The position numbers and the translations under genes are program-made. This document shows positions 7,727-17,658 of a stretch of DNA of 30,376 bases, one piece after another. Below the pieces are notes generated by a model, which saw only the letters and a list, made by a program, of their open reading frames with translations, was not told where the DNA came from and searched no databases. The stretch covers positions 1-30,376 of IMG/VR virus record IMGVR_UViG_2684622740_000002. One strand, 5' to 3'. This DNA is from a virus. How positions within the stretch are numbered: the stretch's first letter is position 1; every line of letters starts with the position of its first letter.

Positions 7727-9121
7727 ATGGGAATTTTAAGACCAAATGTCACAGCAGAAACAGTTGAAACTGATGTATCATACCCAATCGGAACAGCAGG
7801 AACTGTGGCAATAATTGGAAACTTCGAAAAAGCAGAACATGGAGTAATCTATGATTTCTTCGGAGTAAGACAAGCACTAAGAGCACTAGGTGAAAACGAG
7901 AATTATAGTGGAACTGAATGCATAAAACAAGTATTCAAATCAGATCAAGAGAATGATAGTAATGGAGCAAACCATATAATGGTTTATCAATTAGGAACTA
8001 GACAAAAAGCAAACTTAACACTAAATAATATTATAACATTAGAAGCAGATAAAGGAGGAAAATATGGTAATAATTTCACAATCACAGTAATTCCTCATCA
8101 AATTGAAGAGGTAACTCTTAATTATGACATAATAATTAAGTACAATAATGAAATAATCGACCATATAAAGAAAATACAACTAAACGATATTGTAAACCGT
8201 ATCAATCTACAAACTCCTGGAATAAACGCTCAATTACTCTCACCCGAAGTACCTGAAACTGAAGAACCTCAGAATGAAACAGAATTAACATTAACAGAAG
8301 ACCAACCATTCACAGGAGGAGAAGAATCAGAAAACTTCACAATTGAAGACATTAATAAAGCATTGTTTGATCTTAAAGGTGAAAAATTCGATTATTTCAT
8401 CAGCACTGAAATATTAGACATGGAAACAATTTATCCAATCATAAGCAAATGGACTGATATAAAATTCAAAAATGATAAACCAACAACAGCAGTACTACCA
8501 TTAACATCCGAAACTAGAGCAGGAAATATAGCTATTACTAATATAGCAAATAGTAAAAACATTATTTATTTATCACAAACATTCAATAATTACTCTCTAG
8601 CACCATCTGTTGCCAGATGGGTTGGATTTATCGCAGGATTACCAGTTAATGTCAGCGGAACAAATAAAATAGTGGGTGACATTGAAACAATCTACCCTCT
8701 CTATAATGATGATGATGGAGATGAACTTATAGAAGCAGGAATAACCATTTTTGAACAGAAAAATCGTCAAAACAATAAATATGGATGTGTTTCAAGTGTA
8801 ACTTGTGAAAAAGAAACATACTCCAATGGAGATTTAAAAATATACTCTGAACAATACATAACAAACATATTACACTATTTAACATATTACTTTGACTTAT
8901 CAGATTGGCTAGGAAACACATTAATATTAGCTGATTTAACCTCAGCAAATGGACAATTATTAAACAGAGCAGACGCATTACTGTCTGCCAAGATAGTTAC
9001 AAATGTTGATGTTAATGCAACTCCAGATGAGGATGATCCTTTTATGTTGAATGTAGATTTCGATGCTAAAGTACCTCGTATTGTTAAAGGAATAAGAAAA
9101 AGAATAAAAGTAGCATTATAG
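7727..9121 (+). CDS. Contractile tail sheath protein (XkdK-like)
   Basis: 464 aa; N-terminal RPNVTAETVET..GTVAIIG, LEADKGGKYGNNFTITV, QPFTGGE; C-terminal VDFDAKVPRIVKGIRKRIKV. Confidence 0.88.
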   Translation: MGILRPNVTAETVETDVSYPIGTAGTVAIIGNFEKAEHGVIYDFFGVRQALRALGENENYSGTECIKQVFKSDQENDSNGANHIMVYQLGTRQKANLTLNNIITLEADKGGKYGNNFTITVIPHQIEEVTLNYDIIIKYNNEIIDHIKKIQLNDIVNRINLQTPGINAQLLSPEVPETEEPQNETELTLTEDQPFTGGEESENFTIEDINKALFDLKGEKFDYFISTEILDMETIYPIISKWTDIKFKNDKPTTAVLPLTSETRAGNIAITNIANSKNIIYLSQTFNNYSLAPSVARWVGFIAGLPVNVSGTNKIVGDIETIYPLYNDDDGDELIEAGITIFEQKNRQNNKYGCVSSVTCEKETYSNGDLKIYSEQYITNILHYLTYYFDLSDWLGNTLILADLTSANGQLLNRADALLSAKIVTNVDVNATPDEDDPFMLNVDFDAKVPRIVKGIRKRIKVAL

Positions 9122-9143
9122 TTAAAATAGAGGTTTGATAGTT

Positions 9144-9518
9144 ATGGTAGAATATATTAAAATGAAAATAGATGATGTTCCTGTTGCACAAGGAGTGGAC
9201 ATGGACTATGATGATAGTCCAGAAAATGAAGAAATCGTCTGCTTTGATGAAAATGTTAATATTGATAGTTCATCCAAAATAGAAGTTAATTTCACCAGGA
9301 TCTCATATAACAGTGAAACTTATAAAGGTTTAAGAAAAGCTATTATGAAAATGAATGATAAAAAAGATGGCGGAACAATTATAATTGAAGATGAAGATGA
9401 AGTAATCACATTCATTGGTTGTAAAAGAGGAAAGTATAGTGTTAAATATTCTGCTAAACGTAAGAAAGAAATCAGTGGATCGTTCAATGCTAAACGCATT
9501 GAGTTTAAAGATAAATAA
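9144..9518 (+). CDS. Tail tube protein
   Basis: Follows the sheath gene; GAGG RBS before ATG 9144 (track start 9135); size and beta-rich pattern fit. Confidence 0.75.
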   Translation: MVEYIKMKIDDVPVAQGVDMDYDDSPENEEIVCFDENVNIDSSSKIEVNFTRISYNSETYKGLRKAIMKMNDKKDGGTIIIEDEDEVITFIGCKRGKYSVKYSAKRKKEISGSFNAKRIEFKDK

Positions 9519-9524
9519 TTCAAT

Positions 9525-9575
9525 AACATTATTATTACTTTTTATTATTTTATTTTTATTAAATTATTATTATTA
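9525..9575 (+). terminator. Probable T-rich terminator after the tube gene
   Basis: TTATTATTACTTTTATTATTTTATTTTTATT run in the intergenic gap. Confidence 0.4.
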
Positions 9576-9594
9576 AAAATTGGAAGGATAAATC

Positions 9595-10077
9595 ATGGCT
9601 CTTAAAATATCAACATTAATTAAACAAGGCAAAAAAGACAAACTAATACTCAAAATAGACTCATTAAATGACACTATCGAAGCATCACCACTATCAAGAA
9701 GACAATGGGGAGAAGTTGAAGATATTGAATCACAAGCAATGGGTGAAGTTGAAAACATACAAACAGAAATAGCTGATAAAAAAGGATTCAGAAGCAAATC
9801 CAAAAAAGATAAAAAATTAGAAATGGCTCAAGAACTAAGAATGAAAATGAGCATATCAGAACAAATAGTAAGTTCAAGAGAAGCTCAAACAAGAGCAATA
9901 TACTTATCACTATCACCTCATGACTCATCACTCGAAGAAGACCAAATACAAGATTTACTTAATAAAGAACAGTTTGATGAAATATATGATAAAATACTCG
10001 ATATAAGTGGAATAGTTCAAGATGAAGAAGAAGCTAATGAACTAGGTGAAGATTTAAAAAGATTTCCTAAAGACTGA
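9595..10077 (+). CDS. Tail assembly chaperone (G-like)
   Basis: Position between tube and tape measure; charged helical 160 aa protein. Confidence 0.75.
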   Translation: MALKISTLIKQGKKDKLILKIDSLNDTIEASPLSRRQWGEVEDIESQAMGEVENIQTEIADKKGFRSKSKKDKKLEMAQELRMKMSISEQIVSSREAQTRAIYLSLSPHDSSLEEDQIQDLLNKEQFDEIYDKILDISGIVQDEEEANELGEDLKRFPKD

Positions 10078-10252
10078 TGAATCAAAAGAATTAGCTTGGT
10101 TATGTAGTAAATATGGTGGAAACTACAAACTAGCAGAAGATCCTTTTGATTTAACAATTATTCAATGGTTATGGCAATTTAATTCATCAATATTGCTACA
10201 TAATGAATTAAATAATGTAAAAACTGAAGATTTAGATGATGAAGAAGATTAA
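10058..10252 (+). CDS. Startless ORF in the +1 frame (KDFLKTDESKELAWLCSKYGG...LDDEED); probable T-part of a GT chaperone made by frameshift
   Basis: 64 sense codons filling the gap before the TMP gene, overlapping the chaperone end, with no ATG/GTG in frame. Confidence 0.6.
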   Translation, partial: KDFLKTDESKELAWLCSKYGGNYKLAEDPFDLTIIQWLWQFNSSILLHNELNNVKTEDLDDEED

Positions 10253-10277
10253 TTAATTTTTAAGAAACGTGATTTAA

Positions 10278-13200
10278 ATGGCTATTTCAAACAATATGAT
10301 CGAAATCATCATAAAAGCCATTGATAAAGCTTCAGAGGTAGCTGAAAACATAAGCGATAACTTTAAAAAATCAGGAGATGTCGCGAAAAAATCATTTGAA
10401 GATGCTAATAAATCTATTAAAAACACAGGAGATGTTGCACAAAAATCATTTGATAATGCAAATAAATCCATTAAAGGCACATCAGACACTATTAAGCAAA
10501 CAGGAATAGATAGTCGTAGTACATTCATGCAAATACAGTATGGTGCGAACAGTAGTTTAAGTAATGTTAATCGTAACTTAAGTAGTGTTAAATCAACAGG
10601 TAATAGTACATGGTCTAGTATTAAATCAAGTGCAGGTAGTGCATGGTCAAATATTAAATCAGGTGCTTCTAGTATGGCATCTAGTATTTCACAATCATTC
10701 AGTAGTATGAAATCAAATGCATCAGGGTTCATGGATAGTCTTGATGGTGTTCAAGGATTAATGGCTGGAGCATTAGGTGGTATGGGAGTAAATGCAGTTT
10801 CTGATATAGTTGTAAATACTAGTGCTAAAGCAGAAACTAACAAAATACTTCTTAAAAATATGACTTCAACATCTGCAGGAGCAGAAAAATTATACAATAC
10901 TATTGATAATGCTACTAACAAAACATTAGTATCAATGCAACAAGTAATACCTGCAATAAATGCATTTAAAGCATCAACTGGTGCTAATGAAAAAACATTA
11001 AATACTGTAAGTCCTAAAGTTGCTCAATTTGGATCATATGTTTATGCATTAACAGGTTCTGCTGCACAAGCAGAAGGAGCCATGTTCGATTTAAGTAAAG
11101 GTATAAAAGGAGCATATGCTTCACTTGATCAATATGGAATCACTGAAGCATCATTAATGAAAACAGGACTATGGAGTGGTAAGGAAGACGATGTTGAAGG
11201 ATACATGAATGCAGTTAATAAAGTAACTGGTTCAACAGATGAATTAATGGGAACTTTCACAGGATTGCAAGCCACAATGACTAAAATGTTCTCTATTGCA
11301 GGTAAAAAAATAGGGCAATATGTGCTGCCTGTTTTAAAAACTATGATTGAAGGATTCATGGCTCTTGATAAAACATTAGGTGGTAATTTAACACTTGGAT
11401 TATTGGTTGCTGTTGGAGCATTAGGATTATTATTAACTGCAGGAGTTGCAGTTAATACTCTATGGCCAATATTAACAAGTGGTGCAGGACTATTTGGAAA
11501 AACTCTTACAGGATTGAAAGGGATAATTAGAAGCACTGCTGTGGAAACTGAAATATTAAATGAAGCAATGGGAAAAGCAGGAGAAGCACTTCCAGATGGA
11601 AATGGAAAAGATAAAGGTGGTAAAGCTCCTAAAGGTAAAGGTAAGATTCCTAAATTAGATGCTGTTAGTTTTAAAGATACTATTAAAGGAGATCTTAAAA
11701 ACATTGGTCGTGGAACAGTTGCAGCTGCTGCAGGAATAGCTGCAGGAATGGCATTAGCAACAGAAGCATTAATACTTATGCAAGGACCAATGTGGGCTCT
11801 TGGAGAACTAGGTAATTCATATAATAAAAATAAAACTAATATCTTAGCTGGTGCTGAAGCATTTAAAACCGTTGGAATTGTACTAGCCCTAATATTGCCT
11901 CCGATCATCGCGTTCGCATATATTATGGGTACTGCAGGTGGAGGATCATTTCAAACATTAGCAATGGGTTCACTTGCAGCTGCTGCAGGAATAGCTATTG
12001 GTATAGCATTAGCAACAGAAGCAATATATTTATTAAAAGTGCCATTATGGGCAATTGGAGAGCTTGGAAGTGATTTCAATAAAAATAAAACTAATGTTGA
12101 AGCAGGATTGAAAGTTTTCAAATTAGTTAGTGATACTCTTATTCAAGCAGCACCATTTATAATAATATTCGCTGCTGCAGTAGCATTATTTGGAACTGTG
12201 CCTGTTGCAGGTTTAATGGCTGCTGCAGGAATAGTTATCACTATAGGTCTTGCAACAGAAGCAATAATATTACTTGAAGAACCACTTAATAAAATAAGTG
12301 ATCTTGGAGAGAAATTCAGTGATTTAGGTAAGGTTAAACAAGGTGCAGAAACTATTAAACAAGCAGCTATTGCACTTACTTCATTATCTGAAGCTTTAAA
12401 CAGTGCTAATAATGCTGCAAAAAATAAAATATCATTAAGTGTTATAAATGAGCTTGCAGGATGGTTTGGAGGCTTCACAGCAGGAGGTGGAGTGTTCTCA
12501 TCACTCACCAAAGGAATAAAGGATCTAGATGTTTTCATTGATAAATTAAATAGTATCAACATCCCAACAGTCCCTACTGAGATAACTAATAAACTTAAGA
12601 GTTTAGCTGAAACCATTAAAGCAGTCAGCAGCATTTTCAACTCAATGAAAACAGCCATTGGTGATGGAGGAGATACTGGTTTTGAGAACTGGAAATTTAA
12701 CCTATTTAATGGAAATGGTTCAGAAATAGCTGAAAACTTATCTAAATTAATAGATGACTCTGTAAATTTAGTTAAAAAAATACAAGAAAAAGCAGAAAGA
12801 ATCCCCGCAATACCAAAAGGAATTAGTGACAAATTAAAAAGCATGGCTGAGATAGTTAAAAGTATCTCTGAGATAATGAAAACAATGAAAACAGCCATAG
12901 ATTCTGGAGCTGATTTAACTTATAGTAATAGAGTATCTAATGGTAGAACAGGATACTTAGATAATATTGTTAAACAAATTGATGGCATAATAATCATGAC
13001 AAACACTCTTAAAACTAAAATGGCGCGTGTTGATCAAAAAGGAATAAGTGGAATAGGCACTAAATTCAGATTATTAACCAATGAACTAAATTACTTCTTA
13101 AATGATATTATAAAAGGAAATGAGAGTTTTAAAAAGATCCTGAATCTTAAATCTGGTGAAAATCTTGAAAAAGCAACACCACAAATAAATAAAACAGTGG

Positions 13201-14447
13201 ATGGAATAATCACATTTATCAATGCAACTAAACCTAAAATGGAAAGAGTTAATGCTGATAGTATAAGTGGAATAGGTGAAAAATGGAGATTATTATCTAG
13301 TGAGTTTGGATATTTCATAAATGATGCTGTTTCAATAAGTCAAAAAATGGCAGGATTAGCTAAAATCAAGGTGGAATATGTTGCATTCTCACAGCTAGAA
13401 AACACTATATCTAATGTTATCTCATCAATTGGAAGATTGAAAACATTAATTCCTGAAGATTTAGATGTGGCTGGTTTAGGTGAGAGATGGAGAGCTTTAT
13501 CTAGTGAATTTGGATACTTTTTAAATGATTATATCAGAATTAATCAAAGTTTTGCTAATATGCCTGAAGATCCAATACCTCCAGAAAAATTCACTAATAT
13601 GGAAAATGCTATTAAAACTATTATTACTAGTCTTAAAAATATTCAATCAGCTGTTGGAACTGATGAAGGAAGTAATTTAGATGCTGAAGGATTATCTTCA
13701 GCTATCACTACTGTTACAAGCACAATAACACAAATCAATAGTGTTCTTAGTGCAGCATCAGGAGTTCAACCAGCAGCACAAAACCTTGGAAGTAAAATAA
13801 CAACAGGTATCAAATTAGGTGCTGTAAATGTAGGATCAGCTACAGTCACTATTATAGGTACAGCTATAAGTGCTATTCAGAATCGTTATGCTACTTTTCA
13901 AAGTGCAGGTACTACTGCAGCACAAAAATTTGTAGCAGGACTAAGAACTGGTTTAGCACCAGCATCACAGACAATGGTAACAGAAATAGCTCAAATAATA
14001 TCAGCTATACAATCACGTTATACTACAGCATATAGTGCAGGTTACACATTAGGTCAGAACTTCGCAAAAGGTTATAAATCAGGAGCTGATGTTAACAGTC
14101 CAGGTTTAGCTGCCCGTACAACAGCAGAAGAGATAGGATACATATTATCAGCTATTACTGCTGGTTTCACACCAGCATATCGTGCAGGAGCAACACTTGG
14201 AGGGAATTTCGCAAGTGGTTATGGTACACCTGTATTACCTTCAATAGGAAATGTTTTTGAAGATTCAGAATTAAATTTAAATTCATTACTAAAACTACTT
14301 AAAACTAATAATAAGGATACTAAAACTGTTAAAAATAATATCCAAGTATATATTAAAATTGATAGAGTATCCAATGAAGAAGACATACAAGAACTAGAAT
14401 ATCGCTTAGAAGCAGTTATTGACAATATACTTAAACGAAAAAAATAA
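10278..14447 (+). CDS. Tape measure protein
   Basis: 1389 aa, Ala/Gly/Ser-rich; N-terminal IEIIIKAIDKAS; internal repeats (AAAAGIA..LATEA x3, W/FR.LS.E..YF x3); hydrophobic middle. Confidence 0.92.
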   Translation: MAISNNMIEIIIKAIDKASEVAENISDNFKKSGDVAKKSFEDANKSIKNTGDVAQKSFDNANKSIKGTSDTIKQTGIDSRSTFMQIQYGANSSLSNVNRNLSSVKSTGNSTWSSIKSSAGSAWSNIKSGASSMASSISQSFSSMKSNASGFMDSLDGVQGLMAGALGGMGVNAVSDIVVNTSAKAETNKILLKNMTSTSAGAEKLYNTIDNATNKTLVSMQQVIPAINAFKASTGANEKTLNTVSPKVAQFGSYVYALTGSAAQAEGAMFDLSKGIKGAYASLDQYGITEASLMKTGLWSGKEDDVEGYMNAVNKVTGSTDELMGTFTGLQATMTKMFSIAGKKIGQYVLPVLKTMIEGFMALDKTLGGNLTLGLLVAVGALGLLLTAGVAVNTLWPILTSGAGLFGKTLTGLKGIIRSTAVETEILNEAMGKAGEALPDGNGKDKGGKAPKGKGKIPKLDAVSFKDTIKGDLKNIGRGTVAAAAGIAAGMALATEALILMQGPMWALGELGNSYNKNKTNILAGAEAFKTVGIVLALILPPIIAFAYIMGTAGGGSFQTLAMGSLAAAAGIAIGIALATEAIYLLKVPLWAIGELGSDFNKNKTNVEAGLKVFKLVSDTLIQAAPFIIIFAAAVALFGTVPVAGLMAAAGIVITIGLATEAIILLEEPLNKISDLGEKFSDLGKVKQGAETIKQAAIALTSLSEALNSANNAAKNKISLSVINELAGWFGGFTAGGGVFSSLTKGIKDLDVFIDKLNSINIPTVPTEITNKLKSLAETIKAVSSIFNSMKTAIGDGGDTGFENWKFNLFNGNGSEIAENLSKLIDDSVNLVKKIQEKAERIPAIPKGISDKLKSMAEIVKSISEIMKTMKTAIDSGADLTYSNRVSNGRTGYLDNIVKQIDGIIIMTNTLKTKMARVDQKGISGIGTKFRLLTNELNYFLNDIIKGNESFKKILNLKSGENLEKATPQINKTVDGIITFINATKPKMERVNADSISGIGEKWRLLSSEFGYFINDAVSISQKMAGLAKIKVEYVAFSQLENTISNVISSIGRLKTLIPEDLDVAGLGERWRALSSEFGYFLNDYIRINQSFANMPEDPIPPEKFTNMENAIKTIITSLKNIQSAVGTDEGSNLDAEGLSSAITTVTSTITQINSVLSAASGVQPAAQNLGSKITTGIKLGAVNVGSATVTIIGTAISAIQNRYATFQSAGTTAAQKFVAGLRTGLAPASQTMVTEIAQIISAIQSRYTTAYSAGYTLGQNFAKGYKSGADVNSPGLAARTTAEEIGYILSAITAGFTPAYRAGATLGGNFASGYGTPVLPSIGNVFEDSELNLNSLLKLLKTNNKDTKTVKNNIQVYIKIDRVSNEEDIQELEYRLEAVIDNILKRKK

Positions 14448-15295
14448 TGGTGTTTATTATGGATAACGAGCCATCATATTATAAAATCTGCCCTAAAACA
14501 AAAGCAGTTCAATCTATTGATCTTAATGTCAAAGTAGGATCATCATACGATCCTCAATTAAATAATGAAACTATTGATTTTGATGGAGTTATTGGAAGTC
14601 AAACAGTATACCAAGGAGCAGGAGGAGGAGAACTTAAAATAACTCCTGTTTTTGAGTTAAACAAAAAAGATCATGTTAAAAATATTAAAAAACTAGAAAA
14701 ATGGTATATGAAAGGAACAGAATTAACTTTAACATATGCTACAGGTAAAATACACTCTGGTCTAATGATGGGTGGTAATTATATAATAACTGATGTTAAT
14801 GTTAAAGAAAATAATAAACAAATTTATGAAGTTGATTTAACTCTACAAAAACAGATAACCTATCCCGTATTATCTAAACATTTCACGAACTGGAAACCAA
14901 AAAAGAAAAAGAAACCATTAAAAGGAGCTAATAAAACCCCAAAATCAAGTAACTACAATAAATTAAAAAAATGCATACCCTTGTACAAAGATCATGCAGG
15001 AAAAAACAAAAGCACATCATGCGACTTAATATTCCAAAAGATATTAAGATCATATGGGTTCTATATTAAATACAAAAATAAAAACCTCAAATTAGATGGA
15101 TATTATGGAATATACACTCAAGATGCTTGTATAAAATTCCAAAAAAAATATAAAATTCCTGTCACAGGTAAATGTGATAAAAACACTCTTAAAAAGATAG
15201 GTGCTTTAATGATTAAAAGTCAAAGCTCTAAAAGTTCCAACTTACTTAAGAATACACCAAAATTACCAGATTATATTAAAAATATAATAAATTAA
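14447..15295 (+). CDS. Post-TMP tail-tube initiator/hub (XkdP-like position) with a C-terminal PG_binding_1 cell-wall-binding domain
   Basis: TAATG stop-start coupling with TMP; LDGYYGIYTQDACIKFQKKYKIPVTGKCDKNT is a PG_binding_1 signature. Confidence 0.72.
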   Translation: MVFIMDNEPSYYKICPKTKAVQSIDLNVKVGSSYDPQLNNETIDFDGVIGSQTVYQGAGGGELKITPVFELNKKDHVKNIKKLEKWYMKGTELTLTYATGKIHSGLMMGGNYIITDVNVKENNKQIYEVDLTLQKQITYPVLSKHFTNWKPKKKKKPLKGANKTPKSSNYNKLKKCIPLYKDHAGKNKSTSCDLIFQKILRSYGFYIKYKNKNLKLDGYYGIYTQDACIKFQKKYKIPVTGKCDKNTLKKIGALMIKSQSSKSSNLLKNTPKLPDYIKNIIN

Positions 15296-15320
15296 ATTTC
15301 AATTAACGGGATGGTATAAA

Positions 15321-16988
15321 ATGCCAAAATTGTACATAGGAACAACATCTGCAAAATCAATACCAATGAGTAGTGATTGGACATACAAACAACATGCTTA
15401 CAATGCAGACATACTAACTTTTAAGAGTCATATTTCATTGAAACAAGGAAATGATATAAGATTAACAGGTAATTTCAGACCATTTGGTGGGCAAGTAACA
15501 GATAAAAATGATAATAATGGTATTTATTCTTATGAAGTTATTGATTACACAAAGTTATTATTTGGAAAAGTTAATCAAAGCTTCACAAAGAAAAAAGGAC
15601 ATCAAATATTAAAAACAATACTTAAATCAAGAAATCTTAGAACTGGAGGGGTGCGTAAATCAACAAGAATACATAAAAATCTTGTTTTTAAAAACATTCA
15701 AGCAATAGATGTTTGTCATCAATTAGCCACTCTTGAAAAAGACAATTATCAGTTTTATGTTAATCATAATGGAATTGGAGTGTTTAAAAAAAGTAAACAG
15801 TCATATAATGGTTTTGTATTTAAAAAAGGAACATATTCCAACTCATCAATTCATGAAACCACATCAAACATAATAACTGGTGTTAAAGTTTATGGTAACG
15901 AAGAAAGTAAAACATTACTTTACAGCTACCAAAATAAGAAATTATCTGCTCAATTTGGTGTTATCACTGAATTGATAATGGATGATAAAATAAACACAAA
16001 AGCAAAAGCAAAAATCGCAGCTAAAAAATTATTCAAAACTAAAGGCAGAGCAACACTGGAAGGCACAATAAAAATACCAAACATCCCTGATTATAAAGAT
16101 ATTAGGGCTGACCAATACTGTGTTTTTCAAGATACTCATGGCAAATACCATTCATTTTGGATTGAAGAAATCATCACAACAAGTGCATCTCATCAATTAA
16201 AATTAATGAGTAGTAAAACACTAGCTCCTGATAATTGGACATACACACCACCTTCACCAAAAACTGGTAAAAAAGAATGTAATACTAATTCCAATAACTC
16301 AAAAGCAGTTACACCTCCTAAAAAAGTTGTGGGGTCTTGTGGAAAGTGTGGATACACACCAATGGCTAAGAATAGCTTTGTTAACTATTGTCCATTATGT
16401 GGTAAAAAAGGAAAACTGAAATTTAATTATGGGCACACAGGGAAAACAAAATACAAATATATTAATCAAGGAAAAGACTATGCACAATTCACATGCGATA
16501 ATAACAATGGTGGATGTGGGGCCGACTACTGTTCAAAATGTGGTAAAGAGAAATTAAACTCATCAAAGACTTATTTAAAAAAAGCAGGTGAAAATAGTGC
16601 AAACAGTTGTAAAGCCACAGGAAACTACAACACTAACACCATAAAAGGTATGGCTAAAACATTGTATGATCAAGGTGGAGCAAAAGCAATATTCAATTAT
16701 GTAGATGGTTTCAAATGGAAGTATGAGCTGGGGGATCAACAGTCTGATGAGCAAGTATTCAAACGAAAAGTAGCAAATTGCTATGATCAATCACAATTAC
16801 TCGTTACAATGCTAAAAGCAGTAAATGTACCTGCAAGATTAAGTAATGGTACAAGCTGCGGAATATATCCTCATAACAATGTTATTGCTAAAGTCAATGG
16901 TAGAACTATTGTTATGGATCCTACATGTTCACATCCTGGAAATGCTAGAAGAGGAGCATGGGTTCAAAGAATAAGAAGATATGCATAA
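15321..16988 (+). CDS. Baseplate hub (gpD/XkdQ-like) fused to a Cys-rich domain and a C-terminal transglutaminase-like (PeiW/PeiP-type) protease domain
   Basis: N-terminal hub-like region (IITGVKVYG, FGVITELIMD); CxxC x3 plus extra Cys; putative triad in NCYDQS, PHNNV and MDPT. Confidence 0.75.
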   Translation: MPKLYIGTTSAKSIPMSSDWTYKQHAYNADILTFKSHISLKQGNDIRLTGNFRPFGGQVTDKNDNNGIYSYEVIDYTKLLFGKVNQSFTKKKGHQILKTILKSRNLRTGGVRKSTRIHKNLVFKNIQAIDVCHQLATLEKDNYQFYVNHNGIGVFKKSKQSYNGFVFKKGTYSNSSIHETTSNIITGVKVYGNEESKTLLYSYQNKKLSAQFGVITELIMDDKINTKAKAKIAAKKLFKTKGRATLEGTIKIPNIPDYKDIRADQYCVFQDTHGKYHSFWIEEIITTSASHQLKLMSSKTLAPDNWTYTPPSPKTGKKECNTNSNNSKAVTPPKKVVGSCGKCGYTPMAKNSFVNYCPLCGKKGKLKFNYGHTGKTKYKYINQGKDYAQFTCDNNNGGCGADYCSKCGKEKLNSSKTYLKKAGENSANSCKATGNYNTNTIKGMAKTLYDQGGAKAIFNYVDGFKWKYELGDQQSDEQVFKRKVANCYDQSQLLVTMLKAVNVPARLSNGTSCGIYPHNNVIAKVNGRTIVMDPTCSHPGNARRGAWVQRIRRYA

Positions 16989-17004
16989 ACAATGGAGTTA
17001 TAAC

Positions 17005-17256
17005 ATGGCTCTTGATCAAAAAATAGCAGAATTAGTAGAAAATGATTTTAATTATATAGAACCTTGTTTGGAATGTAAAGTATCTAGAAATTCAGTGAAC
17101 AATATTTGGGTTGAAGTATTAAATATATCAAAGGAGTTAAACCTGGATGATGTTATGATACTTGATCATGTTGAAATAAATCTTGGAGATACTGTGTTAG
17201 TTGCTTTTGTTAATGGAAATATTAAAAAACCAGTTATAATAGGGAGGATTAAATAA
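17005..17256 (+). CDS. Baseplate spike/OB-fold protein (gpV/XkdR-like)
   Basis: GDTVLVAFVNGNIKKPVIIGRI motif; GGAG RBS before ATG 17005 (track start 16981). Confidence 0.75.
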   Translation: MALDQKIAELVENDFNYIEPCLECKVSRNSVNNIWVEVLNISKELNLDDVMILDHVEINLGDTVLVAFVNGNIKKPVIIGRIK

Positions 17257-17658
17257 ATGGTTGATTTTGGTTGTGATTTTCATCGAGATTTTGAGTTGAT
17301 AGATGATAAAGGTAATTTTCGCAAGGTTTCGGGAGTTGATAATGCTAAACAAGCTATTATTAATCGTTTATTAACCATTCCTGGAGATTTGGATAATTTA
17401 GGTTATGATGACTATGGCAACAAATCTTATTATTATTTAGGTCTTACTGATTATGACTATGCTGAATCACTTATAAAAAAAGCTACAGAAGAAGCATTAC
17501 TTAAAGAACCTGTTGTTGCTGAAATAATTGATATTAATGTAGAATACGATAATACTAATTGTATTGTAGATATTGATGTTAGATTAGTAAGTGATGATGA
17601 TGAAGACACAAATGAAAATATCACTATTGATTTAAATAATGTAGAAGAGGTGCTTTAA
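17257..17658 (+). CDS. Baseplate wedge gp25/gpW-like (XkdS/DUF2634-like)
   Basis: VSGVDNAKQAIINRLLT..G, YG, and EALLKEPVVAEI motifs. Confidence 0.82.
   Translation: MVDFGCDFHRDFELIDDKGNFRKVSGVDNAKQAIINRLLTIPGDLDNLGYDDYGNKSYYYLGLTDYDYAESLIKKATEEALLKEPVVAEIIDINVEYDNTNCIVDIDVRLVSDDDEDTNENITIDLNNVEEVL

Noticed and set aside
10053-10070. Canonical -1 frameshift at T TTA AAA
   Set aside because: The -1 frame hits TAA at 10068-10070; the long downstream ORF is in the +1 frame.
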